Shown here one piece after another: positions 44,614 through 55,563 of a stretch of 64,000 nt of DNA. The notes below the pieces were generated by a model, which made no database searches, had not been told where the DNA came from, and worked only from the letters and a program-made list of their open reading frames with translations. The stretch is taken from assembly GCA_963813715.1 (NCBI GenBank), contig CAWFAK010000012.1, forward strand, positions 320,001-384,000, given 5' to 3'. The translations under genes were made by a program, and so were the position numbers. How positions within the stretch are numbered: position 1 is the first letter of the stretch; the number at the start of each line of letters is the position of its first letter. The DNA is from an uncultured Planctomycetaceae bacterium (GTDB lineage: Bacteria > Planctomycetota > Planctomycetia > Planctomycetales > Planctomycetaceae).

Positions 44614-45015
44614 CTATCCGGGTCGCGCGAACTCGACATGCACGTTCGTGCGAATGCCGCCGCGGGGCGTGAAGGCGGCGGTGATTTTCATCGAGCGCGG
44701 CCGCGTGGCGGCGACCAGGTCGTCGAGAATGCGGTTGGTCACGTCTTCGTAGAACGCACCTTCGTTGCGGTAAGTCTGCAAGTAGAGCTTGAGCGATTTC
44801 AGCTCGAAGCAGAGCCGGTCGGGGACGTAGCTGATCGTCAGCGTGCCGAAGTCGGGCTGGCCCGTTTTCGGGCAGAGCGAGGTGAATTCGGGACAAATCG
44901 TCTCGATGACGTAATCTCGATCGGGGTGCGGATTCTCGAACGTCTCGAGTTGTGCGGCTCGCGACGGCTGCGCCGATTTGACGGCAGCACGGTTTGGACG
45001 ACGGTGATTGGCCAT
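44614..45015 (-). CDS. queF: NADPH-dependent 7-cyano-7-deazaguanine reductase (type I)
   Basis: [38 protein letters not shown]. Confidence 0.95.
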   Translation of the reverse strand: MANHRRPNRAAVKSAQPSRAAQLETFENPHPDRDYVIETICPEFTSLCPKTGQPDFGTLTISYVPDRLCFELKSLKLYLQTYRNEGAFYEDVTNRILDDLVAATRPRSMKITAAFTPRGGIRTNVHVEFARPG

Positions 45016-45106
45016 CATTCGAGGATAGCCGTCGCGGCGGCCTCATTGAAGGCTTGTCCTGCTGACGCAGCGGGGTGGGCGCCGGATGGGCGGTGCCGCG
45101 CAATCC

Positions 45107-45136
45107 TTGTCGCCCGGTTCCAAGCCACGCTAGACT
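45107..45136 (+). promoter_or_regulatory. Putative bioB promoter TTGTCG-N18-TAGACT
   Basis: Lies 74 bp upstream of the bioB ATG; same geometry as other promoter candidates in the window. Confidence 0.45.
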
Positions 45137-45158
45137 GCGCCGGACCACTTTTCGGGCA

Positions 45159-45200
45159 CCCGATGATCCAATTTGGAAGCCCGATCATCTAATTTGGAGC
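45159..45200 (+). repeat. 21-bp tandem direct repeat with palindromic core TCCAA-T-TTGGA in the bioB leader
   Basis: cccgatgatccaatttggaag / cccgatcatctaatttggagc, 17 of 21 identical; the second copy contains the GGAG RBS. Confidence 0.7.
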
Positions 45201-45209
45201 GAGCAGCAG

Positions 45210-46264
45210 ATGGCGGAACTCTCGATCGAGGCGCGGTCGGCAGACTGGGATCGGCTCGCGGAACGAGCCCTTGCCGGCGATCGGCTCACCCGGGACGACG
45301 GCCTGGCGATCCTCCGCGCGCCCGACACCGAATTGCCGGTCCTGCTCGCCGCCGCCTTTCGCGTCCGTCTGGCTCACTTCGGGCGGAAGGTTCACCTGTA
45401 CTACTTGAAGAATGCCAAGAGCGGCCTGTGCCCTGAAGATTGCGGCTACTGTTCGCAGTCGATCGTCGCCGACACAACCATCAACCGCTACCCCCTGCTG
45501 AACGAGGCCAAACTGCTGGACGGCGCCCGCCAGGCGCACGAGATGCGGGCGCGGACCTATTGCATTGTCGCCTCGGGCCGGGGTCCCTCCGATCGCGAAG
45601 TCGATCACGTAGCGGGCGTCGTCGAGAAGATCAAAGACCAGTACGGCCTGCACGTCTGTTGCTGCCTCGGGCTCTTGACCTCCGACCAGGCGAAGCGGCT
45701 GCGCGGGGCGGGCGTCGACCGCATCAATCACAACCTGAACACGAGCCGCCGCTACTATGATCAGATTTGCTCCACGCACAGCTTCGAAGACCGGCTGGCG
45801 ACGCTCCGAATTTCGCGGGACGCGGGGCTGGAACTGTGCTGCGGACTGATTGTGGGGATGGGTGAACTCGACGACGACGTGGTCGACGTCGCCCGCGAGC
45901 TCCGCGAAATTGGCGTCGAGTCGATCCCCGTGAATTTCCTGCACGCGATTCCGGGAACGCCGCTGGAGAACACGCACGTCCTCAACCCCCGTTACTGTCT
46001 GAAGGTGCTTTGCCTAATGCGTCTGGCCAACCCGACGACGGAAATTCGCATTGCGGGCGGGCACAAGGTGAATCTGCGGCCTCGCTGCAGCCATTGGGAC
46101 TCTATCCCGCCAATTCGCTCTTCGTGAGCGACTACCTCACGACGAAGGGGCAGCCGGCGGAGGAAGACTATCGGATGGTCGAGGATCTCGGTTTCGAGAT
46201 CGTCGTCGGCGATCACTTGGGCGAGCAGTCGCCGTCCGATTGCGTCAAATCGGCAACTGCCTGA
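45210..46264 (+). CDS. bioB: Biotin synthase (frameshift ~46082)
   Basis: [15 protein letters not shown] radical-SAM motif, [36 protein letters not shown]. Confidence 0.94.
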
Positions 46265-46283
46265 GCGCGGCGAGGGTCGACCC

Positions 46284-47689
46284 ATGGATCTGCCGCCGGC
46301 CATCGAACTTGCCGGTTGCAAAGTCACCGTCATGGGCCTGGGACGTTTCGGCGGCGGACTCGGGGCCGTGCGATTTTTGACGGCGCGCGGCGCCCGGGTC
46401 ACAGTCACCGATTTGCTCACGGCCGACGACCTCTCCGAGCCCCTCGCGACGTTAGCCGATTGTCCGGTCGACGCCTATCACTTGGGCGGCCACATCGAGG
46501 AGGACTTCGTCGACACCGATCTGATCGTGGTCAATCCGGCCGTGCCGCCGTCCAGCCCCTTCCTGGCCCGCGCCGCGCAGAGTGCGTGCTGCTCACGAGC
46601 GAGATGTCGCTCTTCTGGCAGTTCAACCGCAGTCGCACGCTCGGCGTTACAGGCAGCAACGGCAAATCGACGACGACCGCGATGACGCACGCCATCTTAC
46701 AAGCGGCGGGCGTCGCTTCGCGGCTGGGGGGAAACATCGGCACCAGCCTGCTGCCTGAAATCGACGCGATCGGCCCAGAGGAATGGTCGGTCGTCGAACT
46801 GAGCAGCTTTCAACTCGACGATCTCGATCGGCTACCGGCCAGTCCCAATATCGCCGTGGTGACGAATTTCAGTCCCAATCATCTCGATTGGCACGGCTCG
46901 CTCGCCGAGTACCGTCGGGCCAAGCAGAGCATCCTCCGCTGGCAGACGCCGGACGATATCGCCGTACTCAACCACGACGACGCTGACGTCCGCTCGTGGC
47001 CCACGTTTGGCCGTACACTCGGATTCGGCACGCGCGACGCCGGCTGCGACGGCATCTTTGAGCGCGGGGCCGAGCACATTTTGCGGCGGGACGGGTCGCA
47101 CGAGCGTTTCGGGCTGCGCGAATGGGTGCCGCTGCCGGGACGGCACAACGTCGCCAACGCAATGGCCGCCGCCTGCGCGGCACTGGCCGCCGGAGCCAAT
47201 CTCGACGCGGTCCGCCGCGGTCTCGAATCGTATCGCAGCCTGCCACACCGGCTCGAATTCGTCGGCGAAGTGTGCGGTCGGCGGTTCTACAACGATTCGC
47301 TGGCGACAACGCCCGAGTCGGCCGTGGTGGGGCTCGAGGCTTTTTCGGCGCCGGTCGTGCTCTTGGCCGGGGGCTACGACAAACAGATCGACCTGACTCC
47401 GTTGGCCTTGGGAATTTTGCGTCGTGCCAAGGCGGCCGCGCTGATGGGCCAAACGGCCGACCTCTTAGCCTGCCTGCTGGAGGAGAATGCCGACAACGAC
47501 GAGCCGCCGACGTGTCTCTGTGACAGCTTCGAGGAGGCCTTTCACTGGGCCGTGGAAAACTCGCAGCCGGGAGACGTGGTCCTCCTCTCGCCCGGGTGTG
47601 CAAGCTATGACTGGTTCCGCAATTACGCCGAACGGGGACGCCGCTTTGTGGAGTTGGTCGAAGCCTACCGCGACGCCTCCGAGCGGTGA
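46284..47689 (+). CDS. murD: UDP-N-acetylmuramoyl-L-alanine--D-glutamate ligase (frameshift ~46582)
   Basis: MGLGRFGGG, TGSNGKSTT, ELSSFQL, NHLDWH, GRHNVAN, HRLE, NDSLAT, GGYDK, LSPGCASYD.F.NY.ERG. Confidence 0.93.
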
Positions 47690-47898
47690 CCGACGCGAGA
47701 CTGGAGACGGGTTTTCGACTCACTTGCCTCACGTGGCGGCCGCTCGCCGTTTACACAATTGCCGCATATACTGGCGGTTCGTTTGCATTCGGTCGGCGGC
47801 CGTGTAGCACTGCTTGTGAGACACGCAGAGCGGTGCCGAGTGCCGTTTCGGACGTGGGCATTTCTTCCAGGCTGTGTTGTTCATTCGGAGCGCGATTC

Positions 47899-48783
47899 AT
47901 GAGACAGCGATCTTTGTGCGGGCTGGTGATCTTTCTGTTGGCGGCCTCGACGGCTGTTGCCGCGCCGCAGCACGGCTCGTTCCTCTCCAACGGCGTCAAG
48001 ATTCACTACATCGTGGAGGGCGAGGGGGAACCTGTGCTGTTGATCCACGGGTTCTCGGCCAGCGCGATGATGAACTGGGTGCTGCCCGGCGTTTTCGCCA
48101 ACCTGGCCAAGCACTATCACGTCATCGCCCTGGATAACCGCGGACACGGCGGCAGCGGGAAGCCGCACGAAGTCGAAAAATACGGTCCGGAAATGGTCGA
48201 GGATGCAATCCGCCTGTTGGACCATTTGAAGATCGACAAGGCGCACATCGTCGGCTACTCGATGGGCGGTTTCATTACAGAGAAGCTGGTCGTCACGCAT
48301 CCCGAGCGGGTCATCTCGGCCACCGTGGGCGGCGCCGGCTGGAGCCGCGAGGACGACGACCACGCGATCATCGATCAGATCGCCAAATCGCTCGACGAGG
48401 GCAACGGCATCGCGCCTTTGATGAAGGCGCTCACGCCCCCGGGCCACCCGGTTCCCAGCGACGAGCAGATCAAGGCCCGCAATCAGCTGATCATGGCAAA
48501 CAATGACGCCAAGGCGCTGTCTGCCTGCATTCGCGGCATGCTGAACCTGCAGACCACGAAGCAGCAGCTCGAGCAGAACAAGGTGCCCGTGCTGGCCATT
48601 ATCGGCGAGTTGGATCCGCTCAAAAAGGGCGTCGACAACATGACGGGCGTGATGGCCAACTTGAAAGTCGTTGTCGTGCCCGGTGGTGATCACATCACCA
48701 CCTTCCAGAGCCCGAAGTTCACCGAAGCGCTGAACGAATTCCTGACGGAACACGCGCGGCATCCGGCCACCGCCGGACGGTAA
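47899..48783 (+). CDS. Exported alpha/beta hydrolase
   Basis: Signal peptide, LIHGF, DNRGHGGS, GYSMG, GELDP, GGDH. Confidence 0.88.
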   Translation: MRQRSLCGLVIFLLAASTAVAAPQHGSFLSNGVKIHYIVEGEGEPVLLIHGFSASAMMNWVLPGVFANLAKHYHVIALDNRGHGGSGKPHEVEKYGPEMVEDAIRLLDHLKIDKAHIVGYSMGGFITEKLVVTHPERVISATVGGAGWSREDDDHAIIDQIAKSLDEGNGIAPLMKALTPPGHPVPSDEQIKARNQLIMANNDAKALSACIRGMLNLQTTKQQLEQNKVPVLAIIGELDPLKKGVDNMTGVMANLKVVVVPGGDHITTFQSPKFTEALNEFLTEHARHPATAGR

Positions 48784-48803
48784 TCGTCTCGCCACAGTTT
48801 TTT

Positions 48804-48839
48804 CGGAGGACGATCCGTGGCGGGTCGTCCTCCGTTTTT
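48804..48839 (+). terminator. Rho-independent terminator
   Basis: CGGAGGACGATCC-gtggc-GGGTCGTCCTCCG followed by TTTTT, 20 nt after the hydrolase stop. Confidence 0.85.
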
Positions 48840-48910
48840 CTCATTCGTTTTTCTCATTCGTCTCTGTTTGCCAATTCTGTTTCGGCAATTTTCTGGATCG
48901 GGAGTCGCCG

Positions 48911-49397
48911 ATGGCCTCTACGCGCTGAACTCGCGCTTGCGCGGCTGAACGAGCTGATCGGCAAGGAGAGCCCGCCCGGAGCCTGGCACACGGTCACCCA
49001 GGAGCAGATCGACGCCTTCGCTCGCGCGACGCTCGACGATCAGTTCATCCACACCGATCCGGCCCGCGCGGCCCGCGAATCGCCGTTCGGCACAACGATC
49101 GCCCACGGATTTTTTACGCTGTCGCTGGCTTCGCACCTGGTCACGAGCATTCCGCGGCCCACGCCCGACCCGTACGAGGGGCGGCTGGTTGGGATCAATT
49201 ATGGTCTGGACCGGGTCCGCTTTCCGACGCCCGTCCGCGTCAACTCGCGGATCCGGGCTCGCCAAAGCCTCGCCAGCGTCGAGCAAAAAGACGCGCGGAC
49301 GCTGCAGATGGTCCACCATATCACGATCGAAATCGAGGGCGAGAGCAAGCCGGCCTGCGTCGCCGACTATGTAACCCGCGCCGTCTTCGCGCCTTAA
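48911..49397 (+). CDS. MaoC/NodN-family dehydratase (frameshift ~48922; not in the ORF track)
   Basis: Manual translation: VTQEQIDAFARATLDDQFIHTDP..SPFGTTIAHGFFTLSL..NYGLDRVRFPTPV..GESKPACVAD; GGAG RBS; TAA 49395-49397. Confidence 0.9.
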
Positions 49398-49433
49398 GCT
49401 GCGATGAGCGCTCGCGTTCCAGGAGCTGCGTCA

Positions 49434-50466
49434 ATGCCCCGCGTCGCGTTGTTGCTGGCGGCCGCCGTTTGCTACGTTCTGGGAGTCTGCTCGGCTAGCG
49501 CATGGCGAGGGGGGAACGATGTGACCCCATCGGCGATTGCACGCGGTGCCGAGTCTGACCGCGGGGCGAAAGCCCGAGGAGTCGATCTGGCCATGAGCGC
49601 GGCGCCCCCCACCGAAAAGCCAAAGGCCGAATCGCCCGACGGCAAGCTGCGGATCATCTGCTTTGGCGCACATCCCGACGATTGCGAAATCAAGGCGGGT
49701 GGCACCGCCGCGCTCTGGGCGGCGGCAGGCCATCACGTGAAATTCGTCTCGCTGACCAATGGCGACATCGGCCACTGGCGCGACGCCGGCGGACCGCTCG
49801 CCCGGCGACGCAACGCGGAAGTTCAGCATGCGGCTGGTCTGCTCGGCATCACTTCGGAGGTGCTCGATAATCACGACGGAGAATTGCAGCCGACGCTGGA
49901 AAATCGGCGGACCGTGACCCGGCTGATCCGCGAGTGGCATGCCGACATCGTGATGGGGCCGCGCACGAACGACTACCATCCCGACCATCGCTACACGGGC
50001 ATCCTGGTGCAGGACGCGGCGTACATGGTGGCCGTTCCTTTCTTCTGCCCCGACACGCCGCACCTGACGCAAAACCCGGTCTTCCTCTACTACTCCGACC
50101 ATTTTCTGAAGTCTTATCCGTTTCAGGCGGACGTGGTCGTAGGCGTCGATCGGGCGATCGAACAGAAGCTCGACGCGCTGGTCGGAATGGAGTCGCAGTT
50201 CGTGGAAGGGGGCGTCTCCGGCTCGCCCGAGTTGATTGCCGGTGGAGAACCCAAACTCGAAGAGCGGCGTAAGGTCGTCCGCGAATCGTTCCGCAACCGC
50301 GATCGGGGCCTCGCTGACAAATACCGCGAGCAACTGGCCGCCTGGTACGGCAAAGAAGGGGGCGGCAAACTCCAATATGCGGAAGCCTTCGAGATTCTGC
50401 GAGTACGGCCGGCAACCGACCAAAGAAGAGCTCCGCAAGCTGTTCCCGCTTGTCAGCGCCAAGTGA
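49434..50466 (+). CDS. PIG-L/LmbE-family deacetylase, probably exported (frameshift ~50397)
   Basis: GAHPDDCE, TNGD.G, YHPDH, YAEAFE, then CEYGRQP. Confidence 0.88.
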
Positions 50467-50502
50467 TGTGGCAGACGGTGAAAAAATCCGAAAAATGGTC
50501 GT

Positions 50503-50532
50503 TTGCCCAGCCGAAGCCTCCCTTCGTAGAAT
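50503..50532 (+). promoter_or_regulatory. Putative sigma-70 promoter TTGCCC-N18-TAGAAT
   Basis: Intergenic, about 80 bp upstream of the acylase. Confidence 0.45.
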
Positions 50533-50611
50533 CGACGGGGACTGGGATTTGGGTTTTCGGGGCAGCCGCGATCCCGATTGGTTGATCGCCTTTCTCTCTT
50601 GAACACGACCG

Positions 50612-52809
50612 ATGGGCAATCTCTCGCGGGACCGGTGCGTGCGAGCGCGGTGCTGCAAGCCGCGTTGGCTGACAAGCCGCGCAGTTCCCGCAGCGTGCGC
50701 GCTGATGCTTTGGCTGTCGGCCGCGACTGCGGCGGTCGCCCGCGAAATCACCATCTATCGCGACGACTTCGGCACGCCGCACATCTACGCCACCACGGCT
50801 GAAGATGCCTGCTACGGCTTGGGCTACGCCCAGGCCGAGGATCGCCTCGAAGAACTGCTCACGCAGTATCGCCGCGCCACGGGTACGTTGTCGGAAGTCT
50901 TCGGACCCGAGGGCCAAAACCTGCAAAACGACTATCGTCAGCGGCTTTGGCGGCACGCAGAGATCGCCCGACAAAAGTATCCGGAGCTCAGTCCGAAGAG
51001 CCGGGCCATCATCGAGGCATTCCTGGACGGCGTGCGGAAATTCATGAGCGAACATCCGGACAAGGTCCCAGCCTGGGCGCCAAGCTCGAACCCTGGATGG
51101 TCGTTGCCCTCAGCCGCTACGCCATCTGGGGTTGGCCGGAAGGCGAAGCGGGCAGCGATCTGAAGCGCGGAGGCATCACGCCCGATCCCATCGAATATCA
51201 CGGCTCCAACGAGTGGCTGGTCGGCCCCTCCCGCACGAAGGACAAGGCGCCGATCGCCCTCATCGATCCGCACCTGAGCTGGTACGGAACGTTCCGCTTC
51301 TACGAGGCACGACTGTATGGCGGCGAGCTGGAGTTTTCCGGATTTGCCATCGTCGGCCTGCCCCTGCCGCCCATGGGCCACAGCCGCTACTGCTCGATCG
51401 CCTTCACCACCGGCGGCCCGGACACGTCCGACTGCTACGTGGAGGAGGTCAATCCGGCGAACCGGCGGCAGTATCGCTACGACGGCAAATGGCTCGAAAT
51501 GAACGTCCGCACCGAGATTATTCGCGTCAAAGAGGGAGGCAAGATCGTCGAGAAGAAAGTCGAAATCGACGACACCCGGCACGGCCCGATCGTCGCCCGC
51601 CGCGGCAACCAGGCCTATTGCCTGAAACTTCCCTACTACGATCAGGTCGGCGTCCTCGACCAGCTTTATCGCATGGACACCGCCAAGAACCTGGCGGAAA
51701 TGAAACAGGCCCTCGCCCCGCTCCAGCTCATGGAGCAGAACGTCATGGTCGGCACGGTGCAGGGCGACATCTATTACGTCCGCTACGGACGCGTCCCCGT
51801 GCGACCCGCGGGCTTTGACTTCAAACGACCCGTTCCCGGAAACACGTCGAAATCGGAGTGGCAGGGCCTCCATAAGTTCCAGGACTTGCTGCAGATCGAA
51901 AATCCGCCGCAGGGCTACATGCAGAATTGCAACGTGAGCCCGCAGTTCATGGTTCGCGGCAACCTCATCGATCCGCTGGCTTGGAAGAGCCGGCCCGACC
52001 TGTTTAACGGCTATTGGAGCCTCGACCAGCGGTCGGACAACCCGCTCCACCAACGGGCCGCAATGGTCCTGGAACTTTTGGCCGGCGCGTCGTCGATGAC
52101 GGTCGAGACGGCCATCGCGATCGCCGAGAGTCCGGCCGTGTATGGGGCCGACGTCTGGCAGAAGCGTCTGGCATCAGCCTGGGCGGGAGCCGACGCGAAG
52201 CTGAAAGCCGACAAGCACGTGGCCGAAATGGTCACGCTGATTCAGAATTGGAACCACCGCTGCGACGCGGACGGTACCGGCGCAATCGCCTACTTGTTCT
52301 GGAAGGACCAGTTTCCGCCCAAGGTCAAAGCCTACGACAAGGCCGGCTTCCCACCGCCGAAAGAAGTCGACAATCCGATGATTCTGGCCGCCCTCAAGCG
52401 GGGCTCGGAAAAACTGGTGGCGGCGCTCGGGCGACTCGACGTCCGCTGGGGGGACGTTTATCGCGTGGGGCGTGCGGGCTCCCGGCGCGACTGGCCGGTC
52501 AGCGGCGGCTCGGTCGACGGCATGGCCACGCCGCGAGCCATCAGTTTCGATTCCATCGAGAACAAAAAGAATCCCCACCTGGTGGGCCACGGCGGGCAGG
52601 CGGCAACGCAGGTAGTTTTGCTGGCGAACCCGCCCAAGTCCTGGAGCGTCTTGCCGCTGGGCGAGAGCGATGACCCCAAAAGTCCACACTACGACGACCA
52701 GGCAGAAAAGCTCTTCAGCAAGAGCCGCCTGAAGTCGACCTACTTCCTCGATAGGCCGGAGCTGCTCAAACACCTGGGAGCTAAGCCAAAGACTTTGACG
52801 CGGAACTGA
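50612..52809 (+). CDS. Penicillin/AHL acylase family Ntn-hydrolase (frameshift ~51080)
   Basis: [23 protein letters not shown], catalytic G-SNEW, DPHL.W, TRHGP, QNCN, PHYDDQA. Confidence 0.9.
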
Positions 52810-52852
52810 GACTCCCGTCGCGTGAGAGCGGTCGCCGATTCGAGAAGCCATC

Positions 52853-53606
52853 ATGCACGAACAAACCTGGGATCCCGATCGATACGCTCGAAACGCGCGG
52901 TTCGTGGCCGATCTCGGCGCGCCGCTGATCGACTTGCTGGCTCCGCAGCCCGGAGAGCGGATCCTGGATCTGGGCTGCGGCGACGGTGCACTGACCGAAC
53001 GGCTGGCCGCCTGCGGCTGTACGGTAGTCGGCGTAGATGGCAGCGCCGAACAGATCACGGCGGCAAAAACACGCGGACTCGACGCCCACGTGATGAATGG
53101 TGAGGCGCTCACATTCAGTCATGAGTTCGACGCCGTCTTCAGCAATGCCGCGCTGCACTGGATGAAACGGGCCGACGCCGTGATCGAAGGAGTGCGCCGC
53201 GCGCTCAAGCCGGGCGGCCGCTTCGTCGCGGAGATGGGCGGGGCCGGCTGCGTCGCCAAGGTCCGCGGCGCGGTCAAAGCCGCTCTGGCGCGCCGCGGCA
53301 TCGAGGGCGAACCGCTCGATCCCTGGTATTTTCCGACGCCCGAAGATTACGGCGGACGGCTCAAGACGCACGGCTTTACGATCGATTCGCTCGTCCTCTT
53401 CGACCGACCGACAGAACTGCCCGGCGCTGACGGCGTGGCTCGAGACCTTCGGTGAGCCGTTTACTTCGGCCCTGCCCCCCAACGAGCGGGACGAACTGCG
53501 ACAAGAAGTCGAAACCGCGCTAAGGCCGACATTATGCGGCGCCGACGGCGTTTGGCGGGCCGATTACGTGCGGCTGCGTTTTGCCGCTCGTCTGCCGCAG
53601 GCCTGA
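52853..53606 (+). CDS. Class I SAM-dependent methyltransferase, trans-aconitate MTase-like (frameshift ~53424)
   Basis: ILDLGCGDG, FDAVFSNAALHW, LKPGG; WLETF..ADYVRLRF in the other frame, to TGA 53604-53606. Confidence 0.88.
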
Positions 53607-53725
53607 CCCGGTCGACCCGCGGGAAGGCTGCGATTCTCTAGACAAACCAGGCGGCCTCGGCGGTCAACACGGGCAGGACCTTGTGCCGCCGGCCGTTCGC
53701 ATGCCGACTTCGCCGAGTCGAACCG

Positions 53726-53986
53726 ATGACCGATCTGACCAGTCCAACCTTGATCAAGCTAAAAGGCTTCTTGTTTCTCTTTCTCGGCACCGTCTCCGCC
53801 GCACTTCTGCTCATCGAGCATCCCGAGTGGCACGTGGCCCTGCTGCTCGGCGTGGCGATCTGGTCGTTTTGCCGCTTCTATTACTTCGCGTTTTACGTCA
53901 TCGAAAAGTACGTCGACCCAAGCTATCGCTTCGCCGGTCTTTCGTCGTTCGCGCTCTACCTGGTCGGCAAGCGGCGACAACCCTGA
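53726..53986 (+). CDS. Small hypothetical membrane protein
   Basis: IKLKGFLFL, WSFCRFYYFAFYVIEKYVDP; strongly hydrophobic. Confidence 0.7.
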   Translation: MTDLTSPTLIKLKGFLFLFLGTVSAALLLIEHPEWHVALLLGVAIWSFCRFYYFAFYVIEKYVDPSYRFAGLSSFALYLVGKRRQP

Positions 53987-54010
53987 CGGAGCGTCACAAG
54001 CGAACGGCCG

Positions 54011-55444
54011 TCAGATCAGCAAATCCTGCACGGCAGTGCCAGCACAATAAACGATCGGCCGCCCCTGTGGATCCGCGAGCGTGAGATCCGGGGAAATGCC
54101 CAGGCAGTGGTTGACCGTGGCAATCAAGTCGACGGGGTGCACCGCATTGGAGGCTGGATAGGCCGCGTGGCGGTCGGATGTGCCGTAGACCTGTCCACCC
54201 CGAATACCGGCCCCGGCCAGGACCGAGGTGAAGCAATTCGGCCAATGATCGCGACCGTCGTGTCCGGCTCCCGCGTCGCTATTCCGCTGCCCCACGCGCG
54301 GCGTGCGTCCGAATTCGCCCGTCCAAACCACCAGAGTCTCGTCGAGCAAACCTCTCGCTTGCAGATCATCCAGGAGCGCCGCAAAAGCTTGGTCGGCTGC
54401 CGGCATCAATCGCGTCTTCAGATCGCGAAAATTGCGGCTGTGCGTGTCCCAGTAGACCGAGACGTTCTTGATCCCGTCGCTGGGCCAAAAGACCGTGACC
54501 AGCGGAACTCCGCGCTCGACGAGTCGGCGGGCTTGCAGAACCGATTGCCCGTGCGGGTTGCGACCGTAGCGATCGCGGAGGGCGGCCGGCTCTTGATCGA
54601 GGTTGAATGCGGAGCCGCCGGACGACGAATGCAGCAACAGGAACGCGCGGCGATAAAAGTCATCCAGCGCGGCCACGCTGCCCGCGCGCTCGAGAGCCCG
54701 TCGTTGGGAGTCGATCTGAGCCAACAACCTCTCTCGATCGTCCAAGCGAGTCGCGGAAAGCTCGGCCGGCAGCCGGAAGTCGCCCACGGCGTAATCGCGG
54801 GCGTTGGGATTGGCGTCGATGACCAGCGGATCAAAACCTTGACCGAGCCAACCGGCCGTCTGCCCGTGACTTTCCTCGACGAAACGAGGCACGTCGTTTT
54901 CGAGCTTCGGCCGCATCGTGACGTAAGGCGGCAAGGCCCCGCGCCCGCGGCCCAACTTGGCCAACACCGAGCCGAGCGACGGCCAATCGTGACGCAGGGC
55001 GGCGCTCAGCGGCGGCGAGGGCTGACCAGTCAGCAAATTGTGCGTCGCCGTCGTGTGATTGACGTCCTCGTGCGTCATCGAGCGGACGACGGCCAGCTTG
55101 TCCGTGCGGCGGGCCAACAGCGGAAAGTGTTCGCAGATGTCGATCCCAGGAACCGCCGTGGCAATGGGACTGAACTCGCCGCGGACTTCCGCCGGCGCTT
55201 GCGGCTTAAGGTCCCACGTATCCTGATGAGCCGGACCGCCCCACATGAAGAGCAGAATGCACGACTTGGCCCGACCGAACGATCGACTGGAGACGGTCGT
55301 CGTGGCCGTCTCAGCGCGATCGCTGCCCGCCAGCGCACGTCCCCGCAGCAACTCGCCACATGTCAGCCCAAACAGGCTCAAGCCACCGGCGCGCAATAAA
55401 TCGCGACGACCGATGCGGCGACAGTCTGGGCAGGAGCTGGACAT
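54011..55444 (-). CDS. DUF1501 domain protein (Tat-exported)
   Basis: GRRDLLRAG, FMWGGPAHQDTWDLKP, ARRLVERGV, WDTH, GEFGRTP, GRDHW. Confidence 0.92.
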   Translation of the reverse strand: MSSSCPDCRRIGRRDLLRAGGLSLFGLTCGELLRGRALAGSDRAETATTTVSSRSFGRAKSCILLFMWGGPAHQDTWDLKPQAPAEVRGEFSPIATAVPGIDICEHFPLLARRTDKLAVVRSMTHEDVNHTTATHNLLTGQPSPPLSAALRHDWPSLGSVLAKLGRGRGALPPYVTMRPKLENDVPRFVEESHGQTAGWLGQGFDPLVIDANPNARDYAVGDFRLPAELSATRLDDRERLLAQIDSQRRALERAGSVAALDDFYRRAFLLLHSSSGGSAFNLDQEPAALRDRYGRNPHGQSVLQARRLVERGVPLVTVFWPSDGIKNVSVYWDTHSRNFRDLKTRLMPAADQAFAALLDDLQARGLLDETLVVWTGEFGRTPRVGQRNSDAGAGHDGRDHWPNCFTSVLAGAGIRGGQVYGTSDRHAAYPASNAVHPVDLIATVNHCLGISPDLTLADPQGRPIVYCAGTAVQDLLI

Positions 55445-55563
55445 CGAGGCAGGACCGGGGTGGCGGGAGGGCCGAGGGTGAGGGATTCGGCTGCGCGCTC
55501 GATTATCGTCATTTTCATCGCGGGCGTGAAGACGACTCGCAAGTGCAGACGGCCTGATCGACT

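Noticed and set aside
45016..45209. preQ1 riboswitch upstream of queF
   Set aside because: No preQ1-I-like stem with an A-rich 3' tail seen on the minus strand; an Rfam search would settle it.
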